This document shows positions 53,770-63,313 of a stretch of DNA of 64,000 bases, in pieces. The DNA comes from Parcubacteria group bacterium LiPW_30. GTDB taxonomy: Bacteria > Patescibacteriota > Minisyncoccia > Phycocordibacterales > VMEP01. Where the stretch lies: the NCBI GenBank assembly GCA_007375595.1, contig VMEP01000001.1, forward strand, positions 415,184 to 479,183. The letters are read 5' to 3'. Numbering within the stretch: position 1 is the first letter of the stretch; the number at the start of each line of letters is the position of its first letter. Position numbers and translations under genes: made by a program. The notes under the pieces are model-generated. The model had not been told where the DNA came from, made no database searches, and saw nothing but the letters and a program-made list of their open reading frames with translations.

Positions 53770-55560
53770 ATGGAAATTAGAAATATAGCTATTATCGCCC
53801 ACGTTGACCACGGCAAGACCACCTTGACCGATGCTTTGATGCGTCAAACTGGTGTTATGAAGGAAGGTGTCACAATGGACTCAAATGCGCTTGAACTTGA
53901 GCGCGGGATTACTATTTATGCAAAGAATACATCAGTTCCATATAAAGGAACGAAAATAAATATTGTTGATACTCCAGGACACGCCGATTTCGGATCTGAA
54001 GTTGAGCGAGTTTTGCGTTCTATAGACTCAGTGCTTTTGGTCGTAGACGCTCAGGAAGGACCAATGCCACAGACTCGTTTCGTTTTGAAAAAATCTCTTG
54101 AGCTTGGATTAAAGCCAATTGTTGTTATTAATAAAATTGATAAACCAGCTGCAGACCCAAAGCACTGTGAAGATTTGGTATTAGAGCTTTTCTTGGAACT
54201 TGGGGCCAATGATGAGCAAGCAGATTTTCCAATTGTGTACGCAATAGGTAGACAAGGTATCGCCAAGACAAATTTAAACGACGATTCTAAAGACCTCACT
54301 CCGTTACTTGATACAATTTTGGAGAAAGTTCCAGCAGCTTCATCTGCCGATTTAATAAACAAGACTCTAGAATTTCAACCATTCAATTTAGGTTACGATA
54401 ATTTCCTTGGACGCCTTGCAGTAGGACGTGTTTATCAAGGGGTGCTTAAGACAAATACAAATTTGTTTATAAAAAAACCAACAGGAGAAACACGAACTGG
54501 AAAAGTTTTAAAAATTTTTACGTTTAACGGGACTGATCGCGTGGAAGAAAAAGAGGCGGTGGCTGGCGATATTGTCTTAATTTCTGGTTTGCCAGATATT
54601 TATATTGGAGAAACAATCACAGACGACACAAATTCTGAGCCTCTTCCTGCAATAAATATTGATGAGCCAACAATTGCTCTTTCTTTTTTGGTTAATAATT
54701 CTCCTTTTGCTGGGCGCGAGGGTAAATATGTTACATCACGACAAATACGTGAGTACTTGGAACGAGAGCTTGAAGTTAACGTCGGGCTAAAGGTTGATTT
54801 TGACTCAGCTGGTGGTGATAGCTTCCGTGTTTTTGGTCGTGGTGAATTACACATTTCTATTTTGCTCGAAAACATGCGACGCGCTGGATATGAAGTGCAG
54901 GTTTCCCAACCACAGGCAATCATTCGAGAAATAAATGGCGAGAAACAAGAACCATTTGAGGAAGTTGTTGTTGATACCCCCAGTGAATTTCAGGGAGCAA
55001 TTATTGAGCGCTTGAGCATGAGAGGTTTTCTTATGAAGAATATGCACCACGCTGAGAAAACAGTGCGCATGATTTTTGAAGGACCAACGCGTGGCCTTTT
55101 GGGTTATCGCGGACAGTTTGTTATTGATACAAAAGGGGAGGGTATTTTGGCCGCACATTTTATTGGATTTAAACCATATGCAGGAGAAATAAAGAAACGC
55201 GCAGTAGGCTCAATGATTTCTATGGCAGCTGGCAAAACACTTGGTTTTTCATTATGGACACTACAAGAACGCGGTGTTTTGTATATTAGTCCCGCAACTG
55301 AAGTTTACGAAGGAATGGTTATTGGAAATACTTCTAAGGGAGAAGAAATGAACGTTAACCCAACAAAAGGAAAACAACTTTCAAACATGCGTTCGTCTGG
55401 TACAGATGAAGCCATTAACTTGGTGCCACCATTTACGCTCTCTATTGAAAGAGGGCTTGAGGTTATGGCGGAAGATGAATATTTGGAAATTACCCCGGGG
55501 AATGTGCGTTTACGAAAACAGTTTTTAACAGAAAACGATCGTACAAAATCACGTCGATAA
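53770..55560 (+). CDS. typA: GTP-binding protein TypA/BipA
   Basis: [19 protein letters not shown] (G1), DTPGHADF (G3), NKIDK (G4). Full EF-G-like domain layout at the length typical of BipA. Confidence 0.95.
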   Translation: MEIRNIAIIAHVDHGKTTLTDALMRQTGVMKEGVTMDSNALELERGITIYAKNTSVPYKGTKINIVDTPGHADFGSEVERVLRSIDSVLLVVDAQEGPMPQTRFVLKKSLELGLKPIVVINKIDKPAADPKHCEDLVLELFLELGANDEQADFPIVYAIGRQGIAKTNLNDDSKDLTPLLDTILEKVPAASSADLINKTLEFQPFNLGYDNFLGRLAVGRVYQGVLKTNTNLFIKKPTGETRTGKVLKIFTFNGTDRVEEKEAVAGDIVLISGLPDIYIGETITDDTNSEPLPAINIDEPTIALSFLVNNSPFAGREGKYVTSRQIREYLERELEVNVGLKVDFDSAGGDSFRVFGRGELHISILLENMRRAGYEVQVSQPQAIIREINGEKQEPFEEVVVDTPSEFQGAIIERLSMRGFLMKNMHHAEKTVRMIFEGPTRGLLGYRGQFVIDTKGEGILAAHFIGFKPYAGEIKKRAVGSMISMAAGKTLGFSLWTLQERGVLYISPATEVYEGMVIGNTSKGEEMNVNPTKGKQLSNMRSSGTDEAINLVPPFTLSIERGLEVMAEDEYLEITPGNVRLRKQFLTENDRTKSRR

Positions 55561-55569
55561 AAATATCAA

Positions 55570-55602
55570 ACAAAAACCCTCGCCTATGCGAGGGTTTTTG
55601 TT
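55570..55602 (+). terminator. rho-independent terminator of typA
   Basis: aaaaaccctcgcctatgcgagggtttttgtttg. Confidence 0.7.
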
Positions 55603-55621
55603 TGATAATATTGCTTGATTA

Positions 55622-55640
55622 TATACCCCCTAGGGGTATA
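55622..55640. promoter_or_regulatory. putative CsoR operator (TACCC-N-GGGGTA-type inverted repeat) overlapping the -10 of the SHOCT-csoR operon promoter
   Basis: tataccccctaggggtata sits between -35 ttgatt (55615-20) and -10 tataat (55637-42). It closely resembles the B. subtilis copZA CsoR site ATACCCTACGGGGGTAT. Confidence 0.55.
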
Positions 55641-55673
55641 ATGGGACTATATTAAATTTAATTATTTTTTATT

Positions 55674-55904
55674 ATGATGTATTACTATGGTAATTTTTTC
55701 CCGTTTGATTGGTTAGGTTTTGGTTTAATGCCTGTGCTAATGATTTTATTTTGGGGTTTGGTTGTTTACGGGGTAGTTCTTTTGTTTCGCGGATTTTCAA
55801 ACAAAGACAATAATAACCGTTCGATTGATATAATTAAGGAGCGTTACGCCAAAGGCGATATCACAAAAGAACAATTTGAGTCGATGAAGAAGGATCTTGG
55901 TTAG
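55674..55904 (+). CDS. SHOCT-domain small membrane protein
   Basis: Two TM helices plus the C-terminal RYAKGDITKEQFESMKKDL (SHOCT motif). Confidence 0.6.
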   Translation: MMYYYGNFFPFDWLGFGLMPVLMILFWGLVVYGVVLLFRGFSNKDNNNRSIDIIKERYAKGDITKEQFESMKKDLG

Positions 55905-56169
55905 TATGAGTCCTAAGAAATCAAAATTAATTCGACGGCTCAATATTATCGAAGGGCAGGTACGTGGCTTGAGGGAGATGATAGAGAAAGATAAGTATTG
56001 TATTGATATAATTACTCAAAGTTCTGCTGTTAAACAGGGTCTTTCGAGTGTAGAGGATATACTTATGGAAGAACATTTATCAGACTGCACTATAAAGCAA
56101 ATAAAAAGTGGTAACTCCAAGAAAGCAATTGGTGAAATTATTGAAGTTTATAAATTGAAGAGAAAATAA
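55897..56169 (+). CDS. csoR: CsoR/RcnR/FrmR-family metal-sensing transcriptional repressor
   Basis: RL..IEGQVRGL..M.E....C.DI..Q..A...AL....L....HL..C: the DUF156 four-helix pattern with conserved Cys/His. Confidence 0.8.
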   Translation: MVSMSPKKSKLIRRLNIIEGQVRGLREMIEKDKYCIDIITQSSAVKQGLSSVEDILMEEHLSDCTIKQIKSGNSKKAIGEIIEVYKLKRK

Positions 56170-56172
56170 ATT

Positions 56173-56994
56173 ATGCCTAACCCAGACTCTACAATTAAAG
56201 AAAATAAAAGTATCAAATGGGGGGAGTTCACTTACGCGCTCCCGATTGCCGTGTTGGTTATTTTTGGATTCGTTATTTTACAAAAGGCAGGGTTGGCTAA
56301 CTTTATTAATTCATCTGATATTGGTTACGGCACGGCTTTTGTTATTGGTCTTATCGCGTCTGTTTCAACCTGTCTTGCTGTTGTTGGTGGGGTTGTCTTG
56401 TCTTTATCGGCCAACTCAGCAAAAAGCGGGGGAACATGGCGTCCACAGGCTCTTTTCCACGCGGGACGACTTGTTGGGTTTTTTGTTCTCGGTGGAATAA
56501 TCGGGCTTATTGGTAGTACATTTCATTTTAGTATTACAGCCAATGTCGTTCTTGGAATTATTGTTGGAGTGGTAATGCTTATTTTGGGAATAAACCTTCT
56601 TGATGTTTTTAGTCCTATAAAGAAGTTTCAGTTGCGATTACCCAAAAGTTTTTCGCGTTATGTAATGAATATAAGCGAGCGGGATTATTATTTTGCCCCA
56701 GCGTTATTTGGAGTTGGCACTTTCTTTTTGCCGTGTGGTTTCACTCAGTCTATGCAAGTATATGTTTTAACAACGGGAAGTTTTATTGAAGGGTCTATGA
56801 TTATGTTTATTTTTGCGTTAGGGACTTTTCCAATGTTAGCCCTACTTTCTTTTGGTTCTCTTAATATTTCTAATAGTTCTTGGAGGGGAACATTCTTTAA
56901 GACTGCCGGTATTTTGGTTATTGCACTTGCTCTCCTTAATATCATGAATTCTCTTGCAGTTCTAGGGATTATGGCGCCACTTTTTAATTTTTAA
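56173..56994 (+). CDS. DsbD_2/CcdA-like multi-TM protein with two intramembrane Cys
   Basis: Seven or eight TM helices. Conserved Cys in TM segments (VSTCLAVVGG, FLPCGFTQS). Within the csoR cluster. Confidence 0.45.
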   Translation: MPNPDSTIKENKSIKWGEFTYALPIAVLVIFGFVILQKAGLANFINSSDIGYGTAFVIGLIASVSTCLAVVGGVVLSLSANSAKSGGTWRPQALFHAGRLVGFFVLGGIIGLIGSTFHFSITANVVLGIIVGVVMLILGINLLDVFSPIKKFQLRLPKSFSRYVMNISERDYYFAPALFGVGTFFLPCGFTQSMQVYVLTTGSFIEGSMIMFIFALGTFPMLALLSFGSLNISNSSWRGTFFKTAGILVIALALLNIMNSLAVLGIMAPLFNF

Positions 56995-57001
56995 ATACTA
57001 T

Positions 57002-57394
57002 ATGAATAAACAAATAATTTTAGCTCTTATGGTAACCGCACTTCTTGTCGGAGGAGCGGTTGTTTTTACAAAAAGTGATTCTCCAGAGAAGACTTTAGGA
57101 GAAGTTTATTCGGCGACAATTGTGGAGGGGAAACAAATTATAGAAATTAAGGCAAATAGTGGTTATTCCCCACGCCTTATTAGTGCAAAAGCGGGGATAC
57201 CAACGACCATTAAAATGGAAACTCTTAACACTTTTGATTGTTCAGCAAGTTTGGTTATCCCAGAAATTTCTTACCAGAAGTTCTTAAAACCAACTGGGAC
57301 CGAAGAAATAGAAATTCCGGCTGAAAAAGCTAAAGGTACAATGCAAGGACTATGTTCAATGGGCATGTATAGTTTTCAGATTGAGTTCATCTAA
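57002..57394 (+). CDS. secreted cupredoxin-like small protein (possible Cu-binding)
   Basis: Signal/TM anchor then a ~100-aa beta domain with candidate ligands C..H-less C/M pair (GLCSMGMYSF). Assignment is tentative. Confidence 0.4.
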   Translation: MNKQIILALMVTALLVGGAVVFTKSDSPEKTLGEVYSATIVEGKQIIEIKANSGYSPRLISAKAGIPTTIKMETLNTFDCSASLVIPEISYQKFLKPTGTEEIEIPAEKAKGTMQGLCSMGMYSFQIEFI

Positions 57395-57432
57395 AGGTTG
57401 CTTTTCGGTTTTATGGCGGTAGAATCTTTTAA

Positions 57433-58353
57433 ATGAGAAACAATACTTCAGTCTTTGTGCTTACATCATTTATCTTTATTTTTAGCGCTTTTGGGTTGAG
57501 CGCTAGCGCGGTGACGCTACCGACCGTTGATAGCCTTATTAACGATACGGCTTCTCAGATATATGTTGATCGTGATGGTCACGCCATTATTGGCGGAGTT
57601 AAGGTTACGCAAGTTGCAGGGGTTACTTACTTTTCTCGTTTAATATGGGGAGAAAGTTTTATTAGGCTTACGGTAAAAACAAATAGTAAGACTAAGTTTG
57701 CAAATAAATTTGGTGAACCTATTTCGGCGAAAGAACTTAAAGAAGGAGATATTTTGGTTGTTGAAGGTGAGCTCGAATCGGCGTCTCAAACAATGACAAT
57801 TATTCCGAGAACTGTGCGCAATATTTCGAATCAGACAGAAAATAATGAATTTTCTGGAACGGTAAGTAATATTCGTTTTGATTCTGATACCTTTACTCTT
57901 ACCACAAAGACTAAAGGGCCAATTACAATTTCGGTAAATAACGGCACTACGACTGAAATAAAAAAAGGGAGCCGAATAATTAATCTTTCCTCGTTGCGTA
58001 GCGGAGATAAGGTGACCAAAGTAGACGGAGTGTTGAATCATGCAACAAACCAGATGGTTGCTAAAAACATTGTCGTTTATGTTGATATGAATACTTTTAA
58101 GCCAAGAAATTTTCAGGGTGTTATTAAAGAAATCTCTGGGGCAACACTTCCCTTAAACTTTACCGCGACAATCGGTGGGGCTGATTATCTCGTTAAGTTG
58201 AATGAAAAAACCACTATTTTAAATAATCTTAAGAATAGCGCAAAATTATCACGCTTTGAGGCTGGAGATAGAGTTCGTTTTTATGGGGCGATAGAAGAAT
58301 CGGACTCCTTAATTGTTGGGAAAGTTGAGGTGTTGAGGAACCTTGATTTATAG
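57433..58353 (+). CDS. secreted hypothetical protein with internal duplication
   Basis: Signal peptide. Repeated ~90-aa segments (..FSGTVSNIRFDSDTFTLT.. / ..FQGVIKEISGATLPLNFTAT..). Confidence 0.5.
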   Translation: MRNNTSVFVLTSFIFIFSAFGLSASAVTLPTVDSLINDTASQIYVDRDGHAIIGGVKVTQVAGVTYFSRLIWGESFIRLTVKTNSKTKFANKFGEPISAKELKEGDILVVEGELESASQTMTIIPRTVRNISNQTENNEFSGTVSNIRFDSDTFTLTTKTKGPITISVNNGTTTEIKKGSRIINLSSLRSGDKVTKVDGVLNHATNQMVAKNIVVYVDMNTFKPRNFQGVIKEISGATLPLNFTATIGGADYLVKLNEKTTILNNLKNSAKLSRFEAGDRVRFYGAIEESDSLIVGKVEVLRNLDL

Positions 58354-58363
58354 GAGATATTTT

Positions 58364-58452
58364 GGCTTTTGTTTTTAAAAACACGATAAAATTCTGTTGA
58401 ATTTTTCTATACTCGCGCCAAGCGCTCCGTAATGTTTTTAAAAATAAAAGCC
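58364..58452 (+). repeat. MITE-like intergenic element, copy 3 (upstream of the glycerate kinase gene)
   Basis: Terminal IRs ggcttttgtttttaaaaac / gtttttaaaaataaaagcc (17/19). Internal ttctATACTcgc (58408-58413) and gctccgtaatgtttttaaaaa shared with copy 2. Confidence 0.65.
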
Positions 58453-58509
58453 TAGGGAATAAAGACAAGATAAGAAAAATTCACGTATAAATATGTTACA
58501 ATTTGCGGA

Positions 58510-59826
58510 ATGCAGAAGGTAGAGGTTGGTAAAATTAAAAATTTTAAAGAACTTGCGATAAACGATTCGCGAAAGGTTGCCTTAGAAATCGCCGAGGCTG
58601 GTCTTTTTGCTATTGATACAAAAATGGCGGTACATAACTTTATTACTGTAGATAAGAATCAAATAGTTTTTGGGAATGGTTTAGTGGTGAAATCTCTTGA
58701 TGTTGGTAAAAGAATTTTTTTTATCGGGATTGGTAAATGTGCTTATGATGCAGCGGTTGCCGTTGAGGAAATTTTGGGGGACAAATTGACTGGCGGAATT
58801 GTTTTTGACGTGAATCTTCCTGAAGTGAATACTCTGAAATATATTAGAAGTTTTGTTGGCACCCACCCTTTCCCTTCAGAAGGAAATGTTGCTGTTTCTA
58901 AAGAGATTGTTCATTTACTAAAAGACCTCTCAGAAGACGATTTTGTGATTATGGCTATTTCTGGCGGTGGTTCAACTTTACTTTGCCTTCCACACAATAA
59001 TCGCACTTGTCTTGATGAGAAATTGATTATTGAAGAACTCTTTAGCGTTGGCGCAACTATTCAGGAAATTAATACAATAAGAAAGCATATCTCCAGTGTT
59101 CGTGGTGGTTTTTTAGCAAAACACGCATACCCAGCTCGAGTTGTTTCCCTTATTTTCTCTGACGTGCCAGGGAATAACCCCGGGTTTATTTCTTCGGGTC
59201 CCACTATTAGAGATGAAACTACAGTGGGAGATGCAATAGAGATTTTTAATCGTTATAAAATGACGATGCCAGACGAAATAGGAGAGATATTACTTGAAAC
59301 ACCAAAGGAAACTAAATATTTTGAAAATGTTTATAATACAATAGTTGTCTCAAATGACGTTGCCTTAAGGGCAATGGAAAAAAGAGCTAATGAGCTTTTA
59401 TTTGAGGCTAGAATTGTGGACGATAAGTTGACTGGGGAGGCAAGAGAGGTTGGTCCTAAAATATTGGAAACTATCAGGAAGGCGCACGGACGGGCTGTAT
59501 TTTTGTACGGAGGGGAAACAACCGTTAAAGTGAGCGGTCTTGGTTCTGGTGGCAGGAACCAAGAACTTGTTTTAAGTGTGCTTCCTGATATCAGATTTGG
59601 CGAAGTCGTACTGTCTTTTGCGTCCGATGGACGCGACAACGGTGAGTATATGGGGGCGATTGCCGATAATGTTTTAAAGAAAGAAGCCGAAAAGCTGTCA
59701 TTAAAACCAGAGGAATTTTTAGACAAGAACGACAGCACTTCTTTTTTTAAGAAAACAGGGGGTTTACTGAAGTCGGGGTATACTGGTTCAAACGTTTCAG
59801 ATTTGATTATAGGAATAAAATTTTAA
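58510..59826 (+). CDS. glycerate kinase (MOFRL/glycerate 2-kinase family)
   Basis: DUF4147 N-domain and MOFRL C-domain pattern (ISGGGSTLL..IRKHISSVRGG..FLYGGETTVKV..GSGGRNQE). Confidence 0.8.
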   Translation: MQKVEVGKIKNFKELAINDSRKVALEIAEAGLFAIDTKMAVHNFITVDKNQIVFGNGLVVKSLDVGKRIFFIGIGKCAYDAAVAVEEILGDKLTGGIVFDVNLPEVNTLKYIRSFVGTHPFPSEGNVAVSKEIVHLLKDLSEDDFVIMAISGGGSTLLCLPHNNRTCLDEKLIIEELFSVGATIQEINTIRKHISSVRGGFLAKHAYPARVVSLIFSDVPGNNPGFISSGPTIRDETTVGDAIEIFNRYKMTMPDEIGEILLETPKETKYFENVYNTIVVSNDVALRAMEKRANELLFEARIVDDKLTGEAREVGPKILETIRKAHGRAVFLYGGETTVKVSGLGSGGRNQELVLSVLPDIRFGEVVLSFASDGRDNGEYMGAIADNVLKKEAEKLSLKPEEFLDKNDSTSFFKKTGGLLKSGYTGSNVSDLIIGIKF

Positions 59827-59838
59827 TGAGATAAATAT

Positions 59839-62274
59839 ATGAGTGAGATGAATGAAAATAAATATGTTGTCTGGATGGAAGATGTTGGTATCGAAGATGT
59901 CGCAACAGTTGGAGGAAAAAATGCTTCGCTTGGCGAAATGATAAAAAACTTAGGCGAGAAAGGTGTTGCTGTGCCATCTGGTTTTATTATTACAGCCGAC
60001 GGATATCGTTACTTCATGGAAGAGACTGGAATGGAGCAATTTGTAAAAACTGCGCTTAAAGGATTGGATACAAAAAATTTAAAAGATTTATCAAAGCGCG
60101 GTAAATTGGTTCGCGAAAGTATTATCGCAACGAAAGTGCCAGTTGAACTAGATAGACAAATTGCGCTTTGTTATGAAATGATGGAGAAGAGATACGGCAA
60201 AAATATTGACGTTGCTGTGCGTTCTTCTGCTACCGCCGAAGATTTACCAGGGGCATCATTTGCGGGAGAACACGAAACATATTTAGGAATTCGCGGAGCA
60301 AAGGATGTGACACAAGCTACAAAAGCGGCGTTTGCTTCCCTTTTTACCAATCGCGCTATCTCATATCGTGTTGATAAGGGTTTTGATCATTTCACAATCG
60401 CGCTTTCTGTCGGAGTTCAAAGAATGATTCGTTCTGATAAGGGCGTGTCAGGTGTGATGTTTACCGTTGATACTGAATCTGGTTTTAGAGATACAGTTGT
60501 TATAAATGGATCTTACGGTCTTGGGGAGATGGTTGTTCAAGGGCAAGTGACACCAGATGAATTTTTTGTTTTTAAAAATACAATAGAGACGGCGCCAAAA
60601 GCCATTATCTCAAAAACGCTTGGAGAGAAGGCTGATAAAATGATTTATGTTGCAGGCGCAAAAGGAATTCGACCTGTAAAAATTATTAAAACAACTCCGG
60701 CCGAACGAAGTAAATTCTGTCTTTCTGATGAAGAAATTTTAAAACTTGCCCGTTGGGGAATGATTATTGAGAAACATTATTCAGATAAAGGTGGGAAGTG
60801 GACACCGATGGATATGGAGTGGGCCAAAGATGGTAATACTGGTGAACTTTTTATTGTTCAAGCAAGACCAGAGACAGTACAGGCTTTAAGAGATTTTTCA
60901 AAGGTTAAAGAATATATTCGCAAAGAAGAAGGCAAGGTTCTAACAGCGGGGGTGTCGGTTGGAAGTTCCATTGCTGTTGGAAAAGCTCGTATTATTATGG
61001 ATGCTAAAAAAATTGGTGAATTCAAGCACGGCGAAGTCTTGGTTACCGACATGACAGATCCAGATTGGGAGCCAATTATGAAAATTGCTTCGGCTATTAT
61101 TACGGATAAAGGTGGACGCACATCGCACGCTGCGATTGTCGCTCGTGAACTTGGAATCCCAGCAGTTGTCGGGTCAGGCGATGCAACTCGAAAAATAAAA
61201 ACTGGAATGACGGTGACTGTTGATACAACTGGTTCAGATGGCGTTGTTATGTCCGGGGCGCTCAAATTTGATATAGTCACGCACGACTTAAAGACGATAC
61301 CTAAAACAAAAATAAAAATTGCGCTTAATATTGCAACCCCAGATACTGCCTTTGAAAAATCATTTTTACCGGCGGATGGTGTTGGGCTTGCGCGCGAGGA
61401 GTTTATAATTGCTTCAGAGATTGGTATTCATCCACTCGCTTTACTTAATTACAAGAAGTTGTCGCCTGCGCTTCGTAAAAAAATTGATGCGAAAACGATT
61501 GGTTATACCGACAAGACTCAGTTTTATGTTGATCGTCTTGCTTACGGAATTGGTAAAATTGCAGCTGCTTTTTATCCAAGAGAAACAATCGTTCGTTTTT
61601 CCGACTTTAAAACGAATGAATACAGAACTCTTTTGGGTGGAGATGCTTATGAGCCAGCGGAAGAAAACCCAATGATAGGGTGGCGCGGGGCGTCTCGTTA
61701 TTACGATCCTAAGTTTAAAGAGGCCTTTAAACTTGAATGTTTGGCAATCAGAAAGGTCCGCGAAGAGATGGGACTTGATAACGTTACTCCAATGGTTCCG
61801 TTCTGTCGTACAGTTGAGGAAGGGAAACAAACACTTCAAATTATGGCCGAAGCCGGACTTGTCGCAAAATCTATGGCAAAGGCGGGGCAAAAAGGTGTGC
61901 CTGTTTATGTGATGTGCGAGATTCCGTCCAATGTCATGTTGGCTGATGAGTTTTTGGACATCTTTGATGGTATGTCTATTGGTTCTAATGATCTTGCTCA
62001 ATTAACACTTGGTTTGGACAGAGATTCAGGAATTGTTAGTCATGTCGCAAATGAAAATAACGAAGCGGTAAAGAAGATGATTAGTGAGGCGATAAAGAAA
62101 TGCCGCGCGCGAGGTAAATATGTTGGTATTTGCGGACAGGCGCCATCGGATTACCCAGATTTCGCGGCATTTTTGGTTGAAGCAGGAATTGAAAGTATGT
62201 CACTTAATCCAGACACAATCATAAAAACAAGGGGGGTGGTCGCAGAAAAAGAAAAGGCGCTTCAAATTAATTAA
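59839..62274 (+). CDS. ppsA: phosphoenolpyruvate synthase (pyruvate, water dikinase)
   Basis: PEP-utilisers mobile domain GGRTSHAAIVARELGIPAVVG, N-terminal ATP-grasp-like region, C-terminal TIM-barrel PEP-binding domain. 811 aa. Confidence 0.95.
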   Translation: MSEMNENKYVVWMEDVGIEDVATVGGKNASLGEMIKNLGEKGVAVPSGFIITADGYRYFMEETGMEQFVKTALKGLDTKNLKDLSKRGKLVRESIIATKVPVELDRQIALCYEMMEKRYGKNIDVAVRSSATAEDLPGASFAGEHETYLGIRGAKDVTQATKAAFASLFTNRAISYRVDKGFDHFTIALSVGVQRMIRSDKGVSGVMFTVDTESGFRDTVVINGSYGLGEMVVQGQVTPDEFFVFKNTIETAPKAIISKTLGEKADKMIYVAGAKGIRPVKIIKTTPAERSKFCLSDEEILKLARWGMIIEKHYSDKGGKWTPMDMEWAKDGNTGELFIVQARPETVQALRDFSKVKEYIRKEEGKVLTAGVSVGSSIAVGKARIIMDAKKIGEFKHGEVLVTDMTDPDWEPIMKIASAIITDKGGRTSHAAIVARELGIPAVVGSGDATRKIKTGMTVTVDTTGSDGVVMSGALKFDIVTHDLKTIPKTKIKIALNIATPDTAFEKSFLPADGVGLAREEFIIASEIGIHPLALLNYKKLSPALRKKIDAKTIGYTDKTQFYVDRLAYGIGKIAAAFYPRETIVRFSDFKTNEYRTLLGGDAYEPAEENPMIGWRGASRYYDPKFKEAFKLECLAIRKVREEMGLDNVTPMVPFCRTVEEGKQTLQIMAEAGLVAKSMAKAGQKGVPVYVMCEIPSNVMLADEFLDIFDGMSIGSNDLAQLTLGLDRDSGIVSHVANENNEAVKKMISEAIKKCRARGKYVGICGQAPSDYPDFAAFLVEAGIESMSLNPDTIIKTRGVVAEKEKALQIN

Positions 62275-62291
62275 TGTAGTAAAATACACAC

Positions 62292-63311
62292 ATGACAAAA
62301 ATTTCATTTTACGGAGTTAAACAGTGGGAAAGAGAATATCTACAGGAGAAAGTGGCACAAGTTGCAGGAGATGCAGAAATTCTGTTTTCTGAAGAAATTC
62401 TAGATAAGAGCCATGTTCCAACAGACACTAGCGCTGATATTGTTTCGGTGTTTGTTGACTCAACTCTTGATAATGAGGTTTTATCAAAATTTCCTAACTT
62501 AAAATTTATTGCGACTCGTTCAACTGGATATGACCATGTTGATTTAGCCACATGTAAAGAAAGAGGTATTGTTGTTTCGTCCGTTCCGTCCTACGGAGAA
62601 AATACTGTCGCCGAATTTGCCTTTGCTTTAATTTTGTCACTTTCCCGAAAAATTTTTGAAGGATACGACAGAATTAAAGAAAAAGGGAGTTTTAGTTTTG
62701 ACGGGCTACAAGGTTTTGATTTGATGGGGAAAACAATTGGAGTTGTTGGAGCAGGACACATTGGGCAGTTTTCTATAAAAATTGCTAAAGGTTTTGGGAT
62801 GAAAGTTGTTGCTTATGATCCATATCCAAATGAAAATTTAGCGAAAGAGCTTGGTTTTGAATACAAAGATTTTGATGAGTTACTTAAAGAAAGTGATGTA
62901 ATAACAATTCATGTTCCTTATCTTAAAACAACACACCATCTTTTTAGCGAAGAGAAGTTTTCACTAATGAAGAAAACAGCAATTCTTGTTAATACTAGTC
63001 GTGGACCAATTATTGATACCCAAGCTTTAGTGAGCGCGCTTAAAGATGGGAAGATTGCCGGAGCTGGACTAGATGTTCTTGAAGAGGAGTCTGTGATAAA
63101 AGATGAGATGGAGTTTTTGAAAAAGGGTAATGGTGAAGGACATGATTTAAAAACAATTATCGCAAACCACGTACTCGTTGATTTGCCGAATGTTGTCATG
63201 ACTCCGCACAATGCGTTCAATACAGGAGAAGCTCTTCGCCGTATCTTGGACACTACGATTGAAAACATTAAGGGTTATTTAGCGGGCACACCAATAAATT
63301 TAGTTAAATAA
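62292..63311 (+). CDS. D-isomer-specific 2-hydroxyacid dehydrogenase (glycerate/lactate/phosphoglycerate DH family)
   Basis: NAD-binding GVVGAGHIGQ. Catalytic R/E/H arrangement (NTSRG..MTPHNAF). Confidence 0.9.
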   Translation: MTKISFYGVKQWEREYLQEKVAQVAGDAEILFSEEILDKSHVPTDTSADIVSVFVDSTLDNEVLSKFPNLKFIATRSTGYDHVDLATCKERGIVVSSVPSYGENTVAEFAFALILSLSRKIFEGYDRIKEKGSFSFDGLQGFDLMGKTIGVVGAGHIGQFSIKIAKGFGMKVVAYDPYPNENLAKELGFEYKDFDELLKESDVITIHVPYLKTTHHLFSEEKFSLMKKTAILVNTSRGPIIDTQALVSALKDGKIAGAGLDVLEEESVIKDEMEFLKKGNGEGHDLKTIIANHVLVDLPNVVMTPHNAFNTGEALRRILDTTIENIKGYLAGTPINLVK

Positions 63312-63313
63312 AA

